64,000 nucleotides of DNA from Octopus sinensis (taxonomy: Eukaryota), in assembly GCF_006345805.1 (NCBI RefSeq), contig NC_042997.1:160890001-160954000 (forward strand), read 5' to 3'. The position numbers and the translations under genes were made by a program. The notes beneath the pieces are model-generated. The model worked only from the letters and a program-made list of their open reading frames with translations. It was not told the DNA's origin and ran no database searches. Shown in pieces: positions 63,539 to 64,000 of the stretch. Within the stretch, counting starts at the first letter, position 1. Every line of letters begins with the position of its first letter.

Positions 63539-63542
<4 letters not shown>
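61877..63542. repeat. Tandem pair of an ~815-bp element with ~42-bp terminal direct repeats, separated by (TA)n
   Basis: Units 61877-62694 and 62728-63542 (period 850). TATAGAAAT(T/C)AAATATAAAATATAAATTACAAAGTGGGACAA occurs at both ends of each unit. Confidence 0.93.
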
Positions 63543-63583
<41 letters not shown>

Positions 63584-64000
63584 TACTGTAAATTTAGAGT
63601 GAATACTTGATAAATGTATGCACCTGTGTATGCCAGACAGATTTATATATATATATACATACATATATATACATGTATATATTATGTTTATATATAAATC
63701 TATTTCCCTATATACTGACCCAGAACAAGAAAGACAATGACGTCAGTGGTGTGTTTCGATATAGTAGAAAATTAGTACTGTTTAGGGCTTGATAAATTAA
63801 GGGATTTGAATAAATTTTCATCGTATTTATACATCTTACTACATTTAGTGACCATATATAGCTTTAAGTTATATTACTCGCTGTGGGCATATCAAATGTT
63901 GTTTTATCTGTGAAGAAAATCAATAAGATTTGAAACCGTTCGGTTTGGTTCATTTTTGTGCTTACGGGAAGACTATAAAAGTCACTTGTTAGATACATCA

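Overview
AT-rich, microsatellite-saturated eukaryotic DNA. The tRNA-derived SINE families and the repeat landscape point to a coleoid cephalopod, most likely Octopus; this is inference from recognised repeat style, not a database match. Nearly all short ORFs in the supplied track are microsatellite translations or transposon remnants. One host gene can be assembled by hand: a three-exon, plus-strand secreted protein (CDS 39464-39815, 45938-46117, 54008-54243; 255 aa) with a signal peptide, a PAN/Apple-like domain and a C-type lectin domain carrying an atypical SPD...WND motif. The rest is decayed mobile DNA. Non-LTR retroelements: RTE/BovB-like (one with a 5' inversion), CR1-like, R4/Dong-like, Tx1/L1-like, a probable Hero-like fragment and three Penelope-like elements. 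Also present are a Gypsy integrase fragment, mariner and Chapaev-like remnants, Helitron-like ends, MITEs and several SINE families. Structural highlights are a near-perfect 2-kb palindrome of a Penelope 3' end in lectin intron 2, minimal hammerhead-ribozyme folds with variant cores in Penelope terminal repeats, a SINE sharing its 3' tail with a CR1-like LINE, a fold-back mariner MITE family, and a tandem terminal-repeat element anchored in (TA)n. No rRNA, bona fide tRNA or CRISPR array was seen. Repeat boundaries were read by eye and are approximate unless a TSD or splice site is quoted.
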